From the NCBI GenBank assembly GCA_965140415.1, contig OZ223209.1:4800001-4864000 (forward strand): a DNA stretch of 64,000 nucleotides, given 5' to 3'. Below, piece after piece: positions 41,569 to 51,898 of this stretch. The notes under the pieces are model-generated. The model ran no database searches, was not told the origin of the DNA, and saw only the letters and a list, made by a program, of their open reading frames with translations. Origin of the DNA: Myxococcota bacterium. Its GTDB lineage: Bacteria > Myxococcota_A > SURF-8. A program made the position numbers and the translations under genes. Each line of letters begins with the position of its first letter. Positions within the stretch are counted from its first letter, which is position 1.

Positions 41569-43920
41569 ATGACGATTCGAGAATTGAAGCCCGAGCAATT
41601 GCGCGCACGCTGTAGCGCCGACAAAATGTCCTTCACCTCAACCGAACAAGTCAAGGAGTTGAAAGGCTCCATCGGCCAGGAACGCGCCATCCGCGCCATG
41701 CAGTTCGGACTCTCCAATAAAATGAAAGGGTTCAATATCTTCATCCTGGGCGATCCGGGTGCAGGTAAAACCTCGACCTTGCGTAATATCCTGATCGGCA
41801 AAGCGAAGCAGGAACCCAAGCCGCCGGATTGGATTTACGTTCACAATTTCGACGACGAAAACCGACCGCTGGCCTACCGCATGCCGGCGGGTAGCGGACA
41901 GCAGTTTAAAAAAGATATGGCCACCTTCGTTTCGGAACTGAAACGGATCATTCCGAAATTGCAGGAAGGCGAAGGCTACCTGCAATTGGGGCAACGCATC
42001 GAAGATAATTACCGCAAACGGGAAGAGGCGGCGCTGGCCAAGCTGCAACGCATCGGCAAGAAAAACGAGTTGCACATCGAACAGGTGTCCGGTGAACTGC
42101 TGATTCAGGTCGTGCGCGACGGTCACACGCTGGATCATGAGGAATTCGAGCAACTCACCAATGAGGAACGACGTTACTACGAGGAAAAAGTCCGCTCCAT
42201 CCATGAGGACATCGGCGAATTTCTGCGCGTGCAACGCCGCCTGGAGCGGGAAAAGCAGGAAAAAGTCCAGAAACTGGATCACGATCAGATCTTGAACCAC
42301 ACCGAAGAACTGGTGGCTGAACTGAAAAAACGTTACCAGAAAGTCGATGGTGTAAGCGGATGGCTGCACCAGATGTGGCAGTACATCCCGGATGCATTCA
42401 GGGACTATCAACTCGCCCAGGAAGCCCTGGAAAGCCCGATGGAAATGCCCTCGATGCCGCCGAGCCTGCCGGACTTCCAACAGTTTCAGGTGAATCTGCT
42501 GGTGAACAACAAAGACACCGTAGGTGCGCCGGTCGTTTTCGAAAACACGCCCACCTACCACAATCTGCTGGGTTGCGTGGAATACCAGGAACACTACGGA
42601 GTGTTATCGACGGACTTGACACTCGTGCGCGCCGGAGCCTTGCACCGCGCCAACGGAGGCTATCTGGTGATTCAGGTGAACGACCTGATGAAAAGCATGT
42701 ACGCTTGGGATGCGCTGAAGAAGTCGTTGCGCAACAAGGAAGTGCTGATCGACGAATTGGATATCGAAGCGCGTACGCGCTCCACCGTCAGCCCGAAACC
42801 CGCTGCAATTCCGTTACAGGTGAAAGTCATCCTGATCGGCAACTACGACGCCTATTATTTTCTGCTGAACTACGACGAGGATTTCTCGCGTCTGTTCAAG
42901 GTCAAGGCGGAATTCGACGACGTGGTTCCGCGCACCCGCAGCAACATCGCCAAATATGCCGGATTCATCAGCCGTCTGGTGCGCGAAGACAACCTGCTGC
43001 CCTTCCACGCCACCGCCATCGCCAAGATCATCGAGCAATGCTCGCGTATCGCCGAGCATCAAAACAAAATGAGCGCCCGCTTCATCCACCTGATCAACCT
43101 GGTCAGCGAAGCTAATTACTGGGCGGATTCCGAAGGAGCCAGGCAGGTCAAAGGAAGCCATGTTTCCATGGCGATCAAAGAGCGCAAGTGTCGCATGGGT
43201 AAAATCGAGGCCGACGTTTACGACCAGATCCGTGAAGGCACGGTGCTGATCGACACTCGTAAAAAAGTGGTTGGGCAAATCAACGGCATCGCCGTGTACG
43301 ACATGGGTGACCACGCATTCGGTATCCCTTCGCGCATCACCGCGCAAACCTACGCCGGGCGGCAGGGAATTTTGAACATCGACCGCGAAGCGGATCTGGC
43401 GGGAAAGATTCACAACAAGGCCGCATTGATCCTGATCGGTATTATCGGCAATCTCTACGCACAAAAACGCCCGCTGTCGCTGTCTGCGTCGATCGGCTTC
43501 GAGCAGATGTACGGAGAGGTGGACGGCGACTCGGCCAGTTGTGCGGAGCTGTTTGCACTGCTCTCCTCGCTTTCCAACGTTCCGGTGGATCAAGGTATCT
43601 GTGTAACAGGCTCCTTGAATCAGAAAGGCGAAGTTCAGCCCATCGGTGGAGTCAACGAAAAGATCGAAGGCGTCTATCACATTTGCAAAGCCAAAGGTCT
43701 GACCGGCAAGCAGGGAGTGGTGATTCCGCAGAAAAACAAGGTGAACCTGATGCTGGACGAGGAAGTCGTAGAAGCGGTGGAAAAGGGTAAATTCCACGTC
43801 TGGACGATCCGCAACATCAATGAAGGCATCCACATCATGCTGGGAGAAAGTCCCGCTAAAATTCACCAACTGGTGCGGAAACGATTAGGGCAACTGCACT
43901 CGGCGTTGGCGGAAGAATAG
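41569..43920 (+). CDS. LonC/LonB-like protease (AAA_32 + S16 protease domain)
   Basis: IGQERA, GDPGAGKT, GALHRANGGYL, DGDSAS (Ser), PIGGVNEKIEG (Lys). Confidence 0.9.
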   Translation: MTIRELKPEQLRARCSADKMSFTSTEQVKELKGSIGQERAIRAMQFGLSNKMKGFNIFILGDPGAGKTSTLRNILIGKAKQEPKPPDWIYVHNFDDENRPLAYRMPAGSGQQFKKDMATFVSELKRIIPKLQEGEGYLQLGQRIEDNYRKREEAALAKLQRIGKKNELHIEQVSGELLIQVVRDGHTLDHEEFEQLTNEERRYYEEKVRSIHEDIGEFLRVQRRLEREKQEKVQKLDHDQILNHTEELVAELKKRYQKVDGVSGWLHQMWQYIPDAFRDYQLAQEALESPMEMPSMPPSLPDFQQFQVNLLVNNKDTVGAPVVFENTPTYHNLLGCVEYQEHYGVLSTDLTLVRAGALHRANGGYLVIQVNDLMKSMYAWDALKKSLRNKEVLIDELDIEARTRSTVSPKPAAIPLQVKVILIGNYDAYYFLLNYDEDFSRLFKVKAEFDDVVPRTRSNIAKYAGFISRLVREDNLLPFHATAIAKIIEQCSRIAEHQNKMSARFIHLINLVSEANYWADSEGARQVKGSHVSMAIKERKCRMGKIEADVYDQIREGTVLIDTRKKVVGQINGIAVYDMGDHAFGIPSRITAQTYAGRQGILNIDREADLAGKIHNKAALILIGIIGNLYAQKRPLSLSASIGFEQMYGEVDGDSASCAELFALLSSLSNVPVDQGICVTGSLNQKGEVQPIGGVNEKIEGVYHICKAKGLTGKQGVVIPQKNKVNLMLDEEVVEAVEKGKFHVWTIRNINEGIHIMLGESPAKIHQLVRKRLGQLHSALAEE

Positions 43921-44060
43921 TCTGCTGTTTTTAAGACGAGCAGTTGCCGTGCTCGTCTTTGTTCGCGCATCTCTCGCCCTTTTTTCCGTTACCTGTGCGC
44001 CGGATTCGTGTATCATACGTTTCAAGGAATTCCCCGCACGAACCGGAGGGTCTTGCTGCA

Positions 44061-44774
44061 ATGACGCACGATATCCTGTACCAACCATCATATGCCATGC
44101 TCAGCGTGCAGTTGCAGCCGGGCGATACGATCACGGCGGAAGCCGGAGCGATGGTCGGCATGTCATCCGGATTGGACATTCAAACCCGCCTGAATGCCTC
44201 CAAAGCTTCTGAAGGAAATTCTCTAGGGCGTCTGTTTTCCTGGTTGTTCGCCCTGTTAATCGCATTCGTTCGAAAGGCCGTGGCGAACGAAACCCTCTTC
44301 GTCAACGATTTCCAAGCCGGAGAGCAACGCGCCGAGGTGATGCTTTCACCCACGCTGCCTGGCGAGATCGTCCACCATCAACTCGATGAACATCCCATCT
44401 GCATCCAGGCAGGCGCGTATCTGGCCAACACGCCGGGAACAAACATCAACCTGAAATGGATGGGGTTGAAGGGCCTACTGGCGCGGGAGGGCCTGACCTA
44501 CCTGCGAGTGTGGGGTGAGGGAGAGTTGTGGTTCAATGCCTACGGCGGCATCCGTGAAATCCAGGTGGATGGCGAAGTCAAAGTGGATTCAGGACATCTG
44601 GTCGCTTTCGATGAAAACTTAGCGGTACGGATTAAAACCGTGGGTGGCGTACGTTCCACCGTCTTTTCAGGAGAAGGGATCGTACTGTCGTTTTCTGGGC
44701 AGGGGCGCGTTTGGTTGCAATCTCGCACATTGGCCGGGCTGGTAAACTGGCTCAATCCCATTTTGCCCAAATAG
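44061..44774 (+). CDS. AIM24/TIGR00266 family protein (copy 1)
   Basis: L.PGD.I.AEAGAMV, GAYLA, AYGGI, VDSGHLVAF, SGEG....FSG.GRVWLQSR. Confidence 0.9.
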   Translation: MTHDILYQPSYAMLSVQLQPGDTITAEAGAMVGMSSGLDIQTRLNASKASEGNSLGRLFSWLFALLIAFVRKAVANETLFVNDFQAGEQRAEVMLSPTLPGEIVHHQLDEHPICIQAGAYLANTPGTNINLKWMGLKGLLAREGLTYLRVWGEGELWFNAYGGIREIQVDGEVKVDSGHLVAFDENLAVRIKTVGGVRSTVFSGEGIVLSFSGQGRVWLQSRTLAGLVNWLNPILPK

Positions 44775-44786
44775 CGGAGTAAGGCA

Positions 44787-45452
44787 ATGCGCATTTCGAT
44801 CGAACATAATCCGGGATATTCATTGGCCTGCTGCCGCTTGCAACCGGGCGAGCAGATCCGGGCCGAGAGCGGAGCCATGCTCAGCATGTCTTCCAATATC
44901 TCCATCCAATCCTCTTCCGGCGGCATAGGCAAAGGCGTAAAACGGGCGCTATTCGGTGGTGAAAGCTTTTTCCAGAACCTGTTTACCGCAGAACATGCTC
45001 CCGGGGAGATTACACTCGCTCCGGCCTTACCCGGCGACATGGTGCAAGTAAAACTCGATGGCGATCTGCTACTTCAAGGCAGCGCCTACGTGGCCTCTGC
45101 CCCGGATATTCAAGTGGATACCGCCTTTATGGGAGTTAAAAGCCTGTTCGCCTCCAATCGCTTATTCATGCTCAAAGCCGTTGGAAAAGGACCGCTATTA
45201 CTGGGCGCTTTTGGTGCGATACATGAAATGAATCTCGACGGCGAATTCATTATCGACACCGGACACCTGCTGGCCTACGAATCGTCCCTGGATTTCGATA
45301 TTCAGCGCGTCGGCGGCTGGAAAAGCACCCTGCTCTCCGGCGAAGGGCTGGTCTGTCGTTTCAGCGGACAGGGACGCTTGTGGCTGCAAACACGCAACAG
45401 CGCGGCCTTCGGCCATCGTTTGACTCCGATTCTGCGGCCTATTGAAAGATAA
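44787..45452 (+). CDS. AIM24/TIGR00266 family protein (copy 2)
   Basis: AESGAM, GGESFFQN, IDTGHL, SGEGLVC.FSG.G.LWLQTR. Confidence 0.9.
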   Translation: MRISIEHNPGYSLACCRLQPGEQIRAESGAMLSMSSNISIQSSSGGIGKGVKRALFGGESFFQNLFTAEHAPGEITLAPALPGDMVQVKLDGDLLLQGSAYVASAPDIQVDTAFMGVKSLFASNRLFMLKAVGKGPLLLGAFGAIHEMNLDGEFIIDTGHLLAYESSLDFDIQRVGGWKSTLLSGEGLVCRFSGQGRLWLQTRNSAAFGHRLTPILRPIER

Positions 45453-45461
45453 GGAACGAGT

Positions 45462-46139
45462 ATGGAAAGCCGTATCGAATGCAAACCGGACTACAGCCTG
45501 TTACAGGTTACGCTGCAACCGGGTGAGCGTCTGGTGACCGAAAGCGGTGCGATGGTCGCCATGGACGGCAGCCTGCGCATAGAAACCGGTACGCGCGGCG
45601 GGATCATGCAGGGCTTAAAGCGTAAAATTCTGGGCGCGGAAAGCTTGTTCATCAACACCTACATCGCTCAGGAAAAGGCGGCGCGGGTGTGGCTGGCCCC
45701 CAAAACCAGCGGGGATCTGGAAAAAGTCCATCTCGACTCCCACGAATTCTTCCTGCAATCGGGTGCATTCGTGGCCAGTAGCGAAGGAGTTAGCATCGAT
45801 ACGAAATGGGGCGGCATCAAAACCTTTTTCGGTGTGGCAGGATTGTTCCTGCTTAAATGCAGCGGCAGCGGCGATCTGTGGTTCAACAGCTACGGCGGTC
45901 TGCGAGCGGTGGATGTCGAAGGCTCCCTGGTAGTGGACACCGGCGCGGTAGTCGCGTTTGAAGATACGCTGCGCTTCAAGATCCGATCCGTAGGAGGAAT
46001 GAAGTCCCTGTTGTTCAGCGGCGAAGGACTAATCTGCGACTTTTCCGGTGTCGGGCGGCTGTATCTACAAACTCGTCTGCCGGCGGCTTTTGCCGGATGG
46101 GCGCAACCTTTCCGGCAGCAGAAGCGTTCCAACCATTAA
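45462..46139 (+). CDS. AIM24/TIGR00266 family protein (copy 3)
   Basis: TESGAM, AESLFIN, VDTGA, SGEGLIC.FSG.G.LYLQTR. Confidence 0.9.
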   Translation: MESRIECKPDYSLLQVTLQPGERLVTESGAMVAMDGSLRIETGTRGGIMQGLKRKILGAESLFINTYIAQEKAARVWLAPKTSGDLEKVHLDSHEFFLQSGAFVASSEGVSIDTKWGGIKTFFGVAGLFLLKCSGSGDLWFNSYGGLRAVDVEGSLVVDTGAVVAFEDTLRFKIRSVGGMKSLLFSGEGLICDFSGVGRLYLQTRLPAAFAGWAQPFRQQKRSNH

Positions 46140-46168
46140 AGGAAGATGGCAAACGGAGAAAGGCGGAT

Positions 46169-48505
46169 ATGCTAAAGCGGCAAAGCGGACTTTTCAAAAT
46201 GACGACTTTTCGTATCAGTCTGTGCATCTCGTTCTTGCTTCTCGTTCTTGTTTTCTTTAAAGAACAGCGCGGCTGGGAGATCGCCTGGTTCGACTTGATG
46301 GAACTGAAGGCACTGGATGTCAAGTTCCTGGATCGCGGCGAGCGTCCGGAACACGGCCAGGTCGCCATTGCCGCCATAGATGAACGTTCTATGGAAGCCT
46401 ATGGACGCTTTCCCTGGAACCGCATCATCATCGCGCAACTAATCGCCAAACTGGCGCAGGCTCAGGCTAAAGTAATCGCTTTCGATATCAATTTCACGGA
46501 CCGCGATCAATCGCAATTGCCGTTGATCATGAAAGCCGTTGCCGAGCAGGTCGGTGCGTTACAACCGCCGGGTTGTGAAAACGACGCCTGCGAACCCTTG
46601 CGCGCAGCGCTGGTATCGGAATTGAACACCCAAAGCGTCGAAGCCGACCCGGATCGTATTCTGTCGGACACCATCGAGCAGGCAGGTAACGTGATTCTGG
46701 GTTTCTGGATTTTCAACGACCGCAAGGAAGTCGCCCAACTGGATCAGAAACGCCTGCGGGAAGGCCTGCAACTGTTGGAGCCGTCCCGCATCGGGCTGTT
46801 TCAGTCGCTCGACCCCGAAGCGGAAAAAGACTATCCCTTGCAATTACCCAAAAGCGTGGCGGCTAGAGCACCTCTGCCGGTTTTCGCCAAAGCCACAGAA
46901 GCCTTCGGGCATTTCAGTTTCATTCCCGATACCGACGGCGCCCTGCGCTGGGGCAGCCTGATCAAAGAGGTGGAAAATCCCACTGGAAACGTGCACCTGA
47001 TCTATCCTTCTCTTTCACTTAAAGCCGCCTCCATGATGCTCGACAGCGAAATTGTGCTACACACCTATCCGGGCGGCGTGGACAGCATCACCTTGGGACT
47101 GGGCGAGCAGGCGGTTCGTATCCCGACCGATTCAACGGGCCGGCTGCTGATCAACTACTATGGACGGATGAACGTCTTCCCGACTTACTCGGTGCTGGAT
47201 ATTCTTCAGGGTAAGATCGACCCGGAACAATTCAAAGACAAAGTCGTGCTGGTGGGCGCAACGGCAATCGGTCTCTACGATCTGCGCGTAACACCCTTTC
47301 AGGAGAATTTTCCCGGAGTGGAAATTCACGCCAGCATCATAGACAACATCCTGAACCGGAATTTTTTAGCGCGTCCTTACTGGGGCTTCGGCTTCGAACT
47401 GGCACTGATCCTCTTTTTCGGCGTACTGTTCGGAATCATGCTGGGGCGGCTGCCTGCGCTGTGGGGTGCATTGTTCACGATTTTCGTTCTGGGCACTTAC
47501 TATCAGTTGGACAAGCACCTGTTTTTCGCAAACGGTCACTACGTGCGCTCGGTGCTGCCGTTGACCCAGGCATTCGTGATTTTTCTGGTCTGTTACGTCT
47601 ACCGCTACGTCACCGAAGAGCGCGAGAAAAAGCGTACCCGCGCGGCCTTTACCCAATACCTGCACAAAGACGTCGTCGATAGCGTCATGCAGGATTTCGA
47701 CAGGCTGAAGCTGGGCGGCGAAAAGCGCGACATCACCGTCATGTTCTGCGACATCCGCAGTTTCACCTCCTTCTCCGAAAAGCTTTCTCCGGAATCGCTG
47801 GGGCAGGTGCTAACGGAATACTTCAACCCCATGACGGACATCATCTTCGAAAATCGCGGCGTACTGGATAAGTACATCGGCGACTGCATCATGGCCTTCT
47901 GGGGTGCGCCTCAGCCGAATGAGAGCCAGGCGGAACTGGCCTGCCGCACCTCGCTGGATATGCTGGTCAAGCTCGAAGAATTGAACCAGACCTGGAATCG
48001 ACGTGGCCTGCCGCCTCTGGACATCGGTATCGGTTTGAACAGCGGACCGATGTGGGTGGGGAACATGGGTTCGCACGTGCGCTTCGACTACACCGTAATC
48101 GGTGACCACGTGAACCTGTCCTCGCGGCTGGAAGGCACCAATAAACAGTATGGCACACACGTGATCATCTCGGAGTTTACCTATGCGCAGATCAAAGACC
48201 GTTTCGTCTGTCGCGAGTTGGATTCCATCCGCGTCAAAGGTAAAAAGGAACCGGTCACGATTTATGAACTGCTGGCCGATAACAGTGAACAGACGGATCT
48301 GGAACCGCTCGTGCAGGCATTCGAACGCGGACTAACCCTGTACCGCCGCCAGCAGTGGAGTGAAGCCATTAAGGCTTTTCACGACGTTCTGCTGATCCGG
48401 CCTGACGACCGCGCCTCCAAGCTGTTCGTCGACCGCTGTCATTATTATCAGACCCAACCGCCGTCCGCCGATTGGGACGGCGTCTACACCATGACGACCA
48501 AATAA
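46169..48505 (+). CDS. CHASE2-domain class III adenylate cyclase with C-terminal TPR-like tail
   Basis: IDERS...GRFPW, PDTDG.LR, VLVGATA, PGVEIHA; three TMs; FCDIRSFT, DKYIGD, DYTVIGDHVNLSSRLE (Lys/Asp ATP-specifying residues). Confidence 0.92.
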   Translation: MLKRQSGLFKMTTFRISLCISFLLLVLVFFKEQRGWEIAWFDLMELKALDVKFLDRGERPEHGQVAIAAIDERSMEAYGRFPWNRIIIAQLIAKLAQAQAKVIAFDINFTDRDQSQLPLIMKAVAEQVGALQPPGCENDACEPLRAALVSELNTQSVEADPDRILSDTIEQAGNVILGFWIFNDRKEVAQLDQKRLREGLQLLEPSRIGLFQSLDPEAEKDYPLQLPKSVAARAPLPVFAKATEAFGHFSFIPDTDGALRWGSLIKEVENPTGNVHLIYPSLSLKAASMMLDSEIVLHTYPGGVDSITLGLGEQAVRIPTDSTGRLLINYYGRMNVFPTYSVLDILQGKIDPEQFKDKVVLVGATAIGLYDLRVTPFQENFPGVEIHASIIDNILNRNFLARPYWGFGFELALILFFGVLFGIMLGRLPALWGALFTIFVLGTYYQLDKHLFFANGHYVRSVLPLTQAFVIFLVCYVYRYVTEEREKKRTRAAFTQYLHKDVVDSVMQDFDRLKLGGEKRDITVMFCDIRSFTSFSEKLSPESLGQVLTEYFNPMTDIIFENRGVLDKYIGDCIMAFWGAPQPNESQAELACRTSLDMLVKLEELNQTWNRRGLPPLDIGIGLNSGPMWVGNMGSHVRFDYTVIGDHVNLSSRLEGTNKQYGTHVIISEFTYAQIKDRFVCRELDSIRVKGKKEPVTIYELLADNSEQTDLEPLVQAFERGLTLYRRQQWSEAIKAFHDVLLIRPDDRASKLFVDRCHYYQTQPPSADWDGVYTMTTK

Positions 48506-48517
48506 GGCAATCGAGAC

Positions 48518-49828
48518 ATGAGTACGAGTTTCAATGCTGCCGTGCAATGGCTGTACGGGCTACAGGCGCTGGGCATCAAATTTGGGCTTTCCAACATGCG
48601 CGAACTCTGTCGTATCCTTGGAAATCCGGAAAAAGAATTGGCAATGGTGCATGTGGCCGGAACGAATGGCAAGGGTTCCACTGCCGCCTTCATCACTGAA
48701 ATTGCCAGACAGGCCGGCTTGCGCTGCGGTCTGGCCACCTCGCCGCACATTCTCGATATTACCGAGCGCATCCGCATCGGCAGCAAAGCGATTCCACGCA
48801 ACCGATTTCGCCAACTGACAGAGCGCTTGCAACAAGCGGTAGCCGATGCCAATAAAAAACCACGCAAACAAGCGCTGTCCCCGACTTTCTTCGAGGCGAT
48901 CATCGCCATTACGTTCATGTACTTCAATGAAGAAAGGGTGGATCTGGCAGTGATCGAAACGGGATTGGGCGGACGATTGGATTCCACCAACGTCATTACG
49001 CCGAGGTTATCCATCATCATGTCCATCGGTCTGGAGCATACCGAATACCTGGGCAACACCATCACCAAGGTCGCACGAGAGAAAGCGGGAATCATCAAAC
49101 CCGGAGTACCGGTACTCAGCGCAACCGGTGATGCCCAAGCGCAATCGGTCATTGAAAAAACGGCAAAAAGCCGAAAGGCCAGGCTATTTAGCTATGGAAA
49201 AGAATTTAGCGGCCAGGCCACGGGTAAGAGTCTGAGCTACCGTGACGAGCAACACGCGCTGAATCGCTTGCAGCCTCAACTGGCGGGTGACTATCAGGTC
49301 ATCAATGCCTCGGTGGCCGTGCAGGCCGCCTATCAGCTTGCCGAGCAGGGCTTCCCGATTACGGAAACTCATATCCGGCGCGGCATACGAGAAACACGCT
49401 GGCCGGGTCGCCTCGAACGATTCCAGCATAAGCCGCCATGGCTGATCGATTGCGCCCACAATCCGCACGCCATGCAGGCGTTGGCGCGGCATTTAAAGGA
49501 AAACTACGCAGGCTATCGCATCCTTGCGGTGTTTGCGGCTATGAAGGACAAAGACTATCCCAGCATGTTGGCAACGCTTCAGCCTTTTGTCAGTCGCTGG
49601 ATTCTGACCAAGCCGCATATTCCACGCGCAGAACGCGCGGAAACACTGGCCACGCATCTAACCAAAGAAGACGTGCGCACACGCGGCAGAGTATCCGAAG
49701 CCTTGGCCCTGGCACGGAGCATGGAAACAGACTTCGATCTGGTCTTGATCTGCGGCTCGATCTTTCTTGTCGGTGAAAGTTATCGCGCGGTGAAACGTCA
49801 CACCAACGATACGACCAAGTTGGTTTGA
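48518..49828 (+). CDS. folC: Folylpolyglutamate synthase / dihydrofolate synthase
   Basis: HVAGTNGKGS, TSPH, TFFE, ETGLGGRLDSTN, EKAGI, WPGRLE, DCAHNP, GSIFLVGE. Confidence 0.96.
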   Translation: MSTSFNAAVQWLYGLQALGIKFGLSNMRELCRILGNPEKELAMVHVAGTNGKGSTAAFITEIARQAGLRCGLATSPHILDITERIRIGSKAIPRNRFRQLTERLQQAVADANKKPRKQALSPTFFEAIIAITFMYFNEERVDLAVIETGLGGRLDSTNVITPRLSIIMSIGLEHTEYLGNTITKVAREKAGIIKPGVPVLSATGDAQAQSVIEKTAKSRKARLFSYGKEFSGQATGKSLSYRDEQHALNRLQPQLAGDYQVINASVAVQAAYQLAEQGFPITETHIRRGIRETRWPGRLERFQHKPPWLIDCAHNPHAMQALARHLKENYAGYRILAVFAAMKDKDYPSMLATLQPFVSRWILTKPHIPRAERAETLATHLTKEDVRTRGRVSEALALARSMETDFDLVLICGSIFLVGESYRAVKRHTNDTTKLV

Positions 49829-49873
49829 TCGATACATGGAAACGCCATCGGCGTTTTTAACGATAGAGGACTC

Positions 49874-51376
49874 GTGGATATGACGAAATTAAGACGTAGC
49901 ATTATTGTAGAAGCTCGTAGTCTTGCATGGGCATGGCTTCTGTTTTCCCTGCTGATCCTTTGGACGTGGCCGACAATCGGTTTTTCGCAGGAACAGGCAA
50001 AAGAGAATAATCGTATCGAGTCCCTGTTGTTACAATGGAATTCATCCAGCGCCGTTCTACATATTCAAGCCAACTACAAACCGGTACTGAGCAGCTACCT
50101 GCTTTCCAATCCCGAGCGACTGGTATTGGATTTTCCCAATTCCGAATTAAAACCCGGCGTGCAGTCGCCCCCTGGTGGTAACGCCCTGATATCGCATATC
50201 GAGTTGGATGAGCAGGCAGCAAGTGAAAACACGGTCCGCGTGGTGCTGTACTTGCAGGCTCCGGTGGACTACTCCATCTCACACGAAAAAAATACACTTA
50301 CCTTGATATTGCAACCGATGCCGGGTAGCGTTCCGGTGGCCATGGTTACGCCTTCGCCATCTAAGGCGCAAATGGATGCAGAGAAGAAACGCCTGGAGGA
50401 AGAGCGCCGCAAGCAGCAGAAAGCCGAGCGGCTACGTCAGGAAGAAGAACGTCGCAAACAACAAGAGGCCGAGCGCCTGCGCCTGGAGGAAGAGCGCCGC
50501 AAGCAGCAAGAAGCTGAGCGTTTGCGTCTGGAGGAAGAGCGCCGCAAGCAACAAGAAGCCGAGCGGCTGCGCCTGGAGGAAGAACGCCGCAAGCAACAAG
50601 AAGCCGAGCGCCTGCGCCTGGAGGAAGAACGCCGCAAGCAACAAGAAGCCGAGCGCCTGCGCCTGGAGGAAGAACGCCGCAAGCAACAAGAAGCCGAGCG
50701 CCTGCGCCTGGAACAAGAGCGTCTCAAGCAGCAAGAGGCCGAGCGCCTGCGCTTGGAGGAAGAACGCCGCGAACAAGCCGCCGAGCGAGCTCGCCTGGAA
50801 GAGGAACAGCGGCGAAAGCAGGAGGCAGAGCGTTTGCGTCTGCAACAACAACAGCAACGCGAACAGGCAGAACGGGAACGACTGGAACAGCAGCGCCTGC
50901 GGCAACAGCAAGAAGAGCGCCGACAGCAGGAGGAAGAAGCCAGGCAGAAAGCGTTGGAGCGAGAGAGACTGGAGCGTCTGCGGGCTAAAACTGATACGCG
51001 CGAAGTCGTGCCGTCTCTTCCCACGAAGAAACTCACACCCATATCTTCCGGACCTGCAACCGTGCGCCGTATCGGCTTTCATCCGGAAGTTGAATATATC
51101 CGGGTGAACATCATGTTCGACAAACCGACCGATTTCGGCTACGAGTGGCAAAGCCCGACTTTACTATTGGTGCATTTCTCACCGGCACGAGTAACCAACA
51201 AGGTCAATCTGCTTCCTCTGTATACGCGCGCTTTCGGTACAGCAGTCTCCGCCATCCGGCCCGACTGGGACAGCCGCAAGCAAATCGTGACCTTGCGCAT
51301 CGAGTTGAATCGGGAATGTTCGGTTCGGATTCAAAGAGAACAGAATGATGTGGACATTCTTCTTGGAGCCGACTGA
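49874..51376 (+). CDS. Exported AMIN-domain protein with long E/R/Q-rich helical linker and a second AMIN-like domain
   Basis: Signal peptide; LSNPERLVLDF and VRVVLYL (AMIN); about 200-aa charged helix; C-terminal beta-rich AMIN-like domain. Confidence 0.75.
   Translation: MDMTKLRRSIIVEARSLAWAWLLFSLLILWTWPTIGFSQEQAKENNRIESLLLQWNSSSAVLHIQANYKPVLSSYLLSNPERLVLDFPNSELKPGVQSPPGGNALISHIELDEQAASENTVRVVLYLQAPVDYSISHEKNTLTLILQPMPGSVPVAMVTPSPSKAQMDAEKKRLEEERRKQQKAERLRQEEERRKQQEAERLRLEEERRKQQEAERLRLEEERRKQQEAERLRLEEERRKQQEAERLRLEEERRKQQEAERLRLEEERRKQQEAERLRLEQERLKQQEAERLRLEEERREQAAERARLEEEQRRKQEAERLRLQQQQQREQAERERLEQQRLRQQQEERRQQEEEARQKALERERLERLRAKTDTREVVPSLPTKKLTPISSGPATVRRIGFHPEVEYIRVNIMFDKPTDFGYEWQSPTLLLVHFSPARVTNKVNLLPLYTRAFGTAVSAIRPDWDSRKQIVTLRIELNRECSVRIQREQNDVDILLGAD
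50385..50785 (+). repeat. 45-bp coding tandem repeat (EAERLRLEEERRKQQ)
   Basis: Five exact peptide units plus three variants. Confidence 0.92.
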
Positions 51377-51402
51377 GAGTTACATCGCAACAATTTAAAA
51401 CG

Positions 51403-51429
51403 AAAAAACCGGAAGCATGTGCTTCCGGT
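51403..51429 (-). terminator. Rho-independent terminator for the kinase-PilZ operon
   Basis: accggaagca / tgcttccggt stem with a T run on the - strand. Confidence 0.7.
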
Positions 51430-51505
51430 CCATGTTCCGTTCAATCGAAACTCGTTCTGCTAACAAGAGCGAATGGTCACCAAGGAAATTACAGGTTTTC
51501 TCGGT

Positions 51506-51892
51506 TTAGGCGTACGCCTCCATCGCTTGCTGGTAACGATAGGTCTGCTTGACATAATCATCCAGCAGTTCCTGATCGGCCATTTTCATTTCCAAAAACT
51601 GCAAACCCATACCAGGAAAGAAGTTAATCGAATTTTCCTGGCTGCGCGTCCAGGTCACAATTCCCTTCGCGATGATTTTTCGATTGTAACTGGTCAGGAA
51701 AAAACTGATATCCACTGCGGAACCAACCGGCAGCAGATCCTGAGTCGAAACGAAGAGTCCGTCGGCAGACAGATTTTCCAAGCATCCGATCGACACGCTG
51801 GGACCAGCGTATAAACTCGTAAAACCCTCAATCGGAACGCGCTCAGAAATGCGTTTTTCCCTTGCGGTCATTGAAATCTCCTGTTGTGACAA
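51506..51892 (-). CDS. Single PilZ-domain protein (TIGR02266-like)
   Basis: EKRISER, NLSADGLFV, PGMGLQF. Confidence 0.85.
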   Translation of the reverse strand: MSQQEISMTAREKRISERVPIEGFTSLYAGPSVSIGCLENLSADGLFVSTQDLLPVGSAVDISFFLTSYNRKIIAKGIVTWTRSQENSINFFPGMGLQFLEMKMADQELLDDYVKQTYRYQQAMEAYA

Positions 51893-51898
51893 TATCCG

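Noticed and set aside
50385-50785. 45-bp tandem repeat as a CRISPR or non-coding array
   Set aside because: Contiguous coding repeats with synonymous variation and no spacers.
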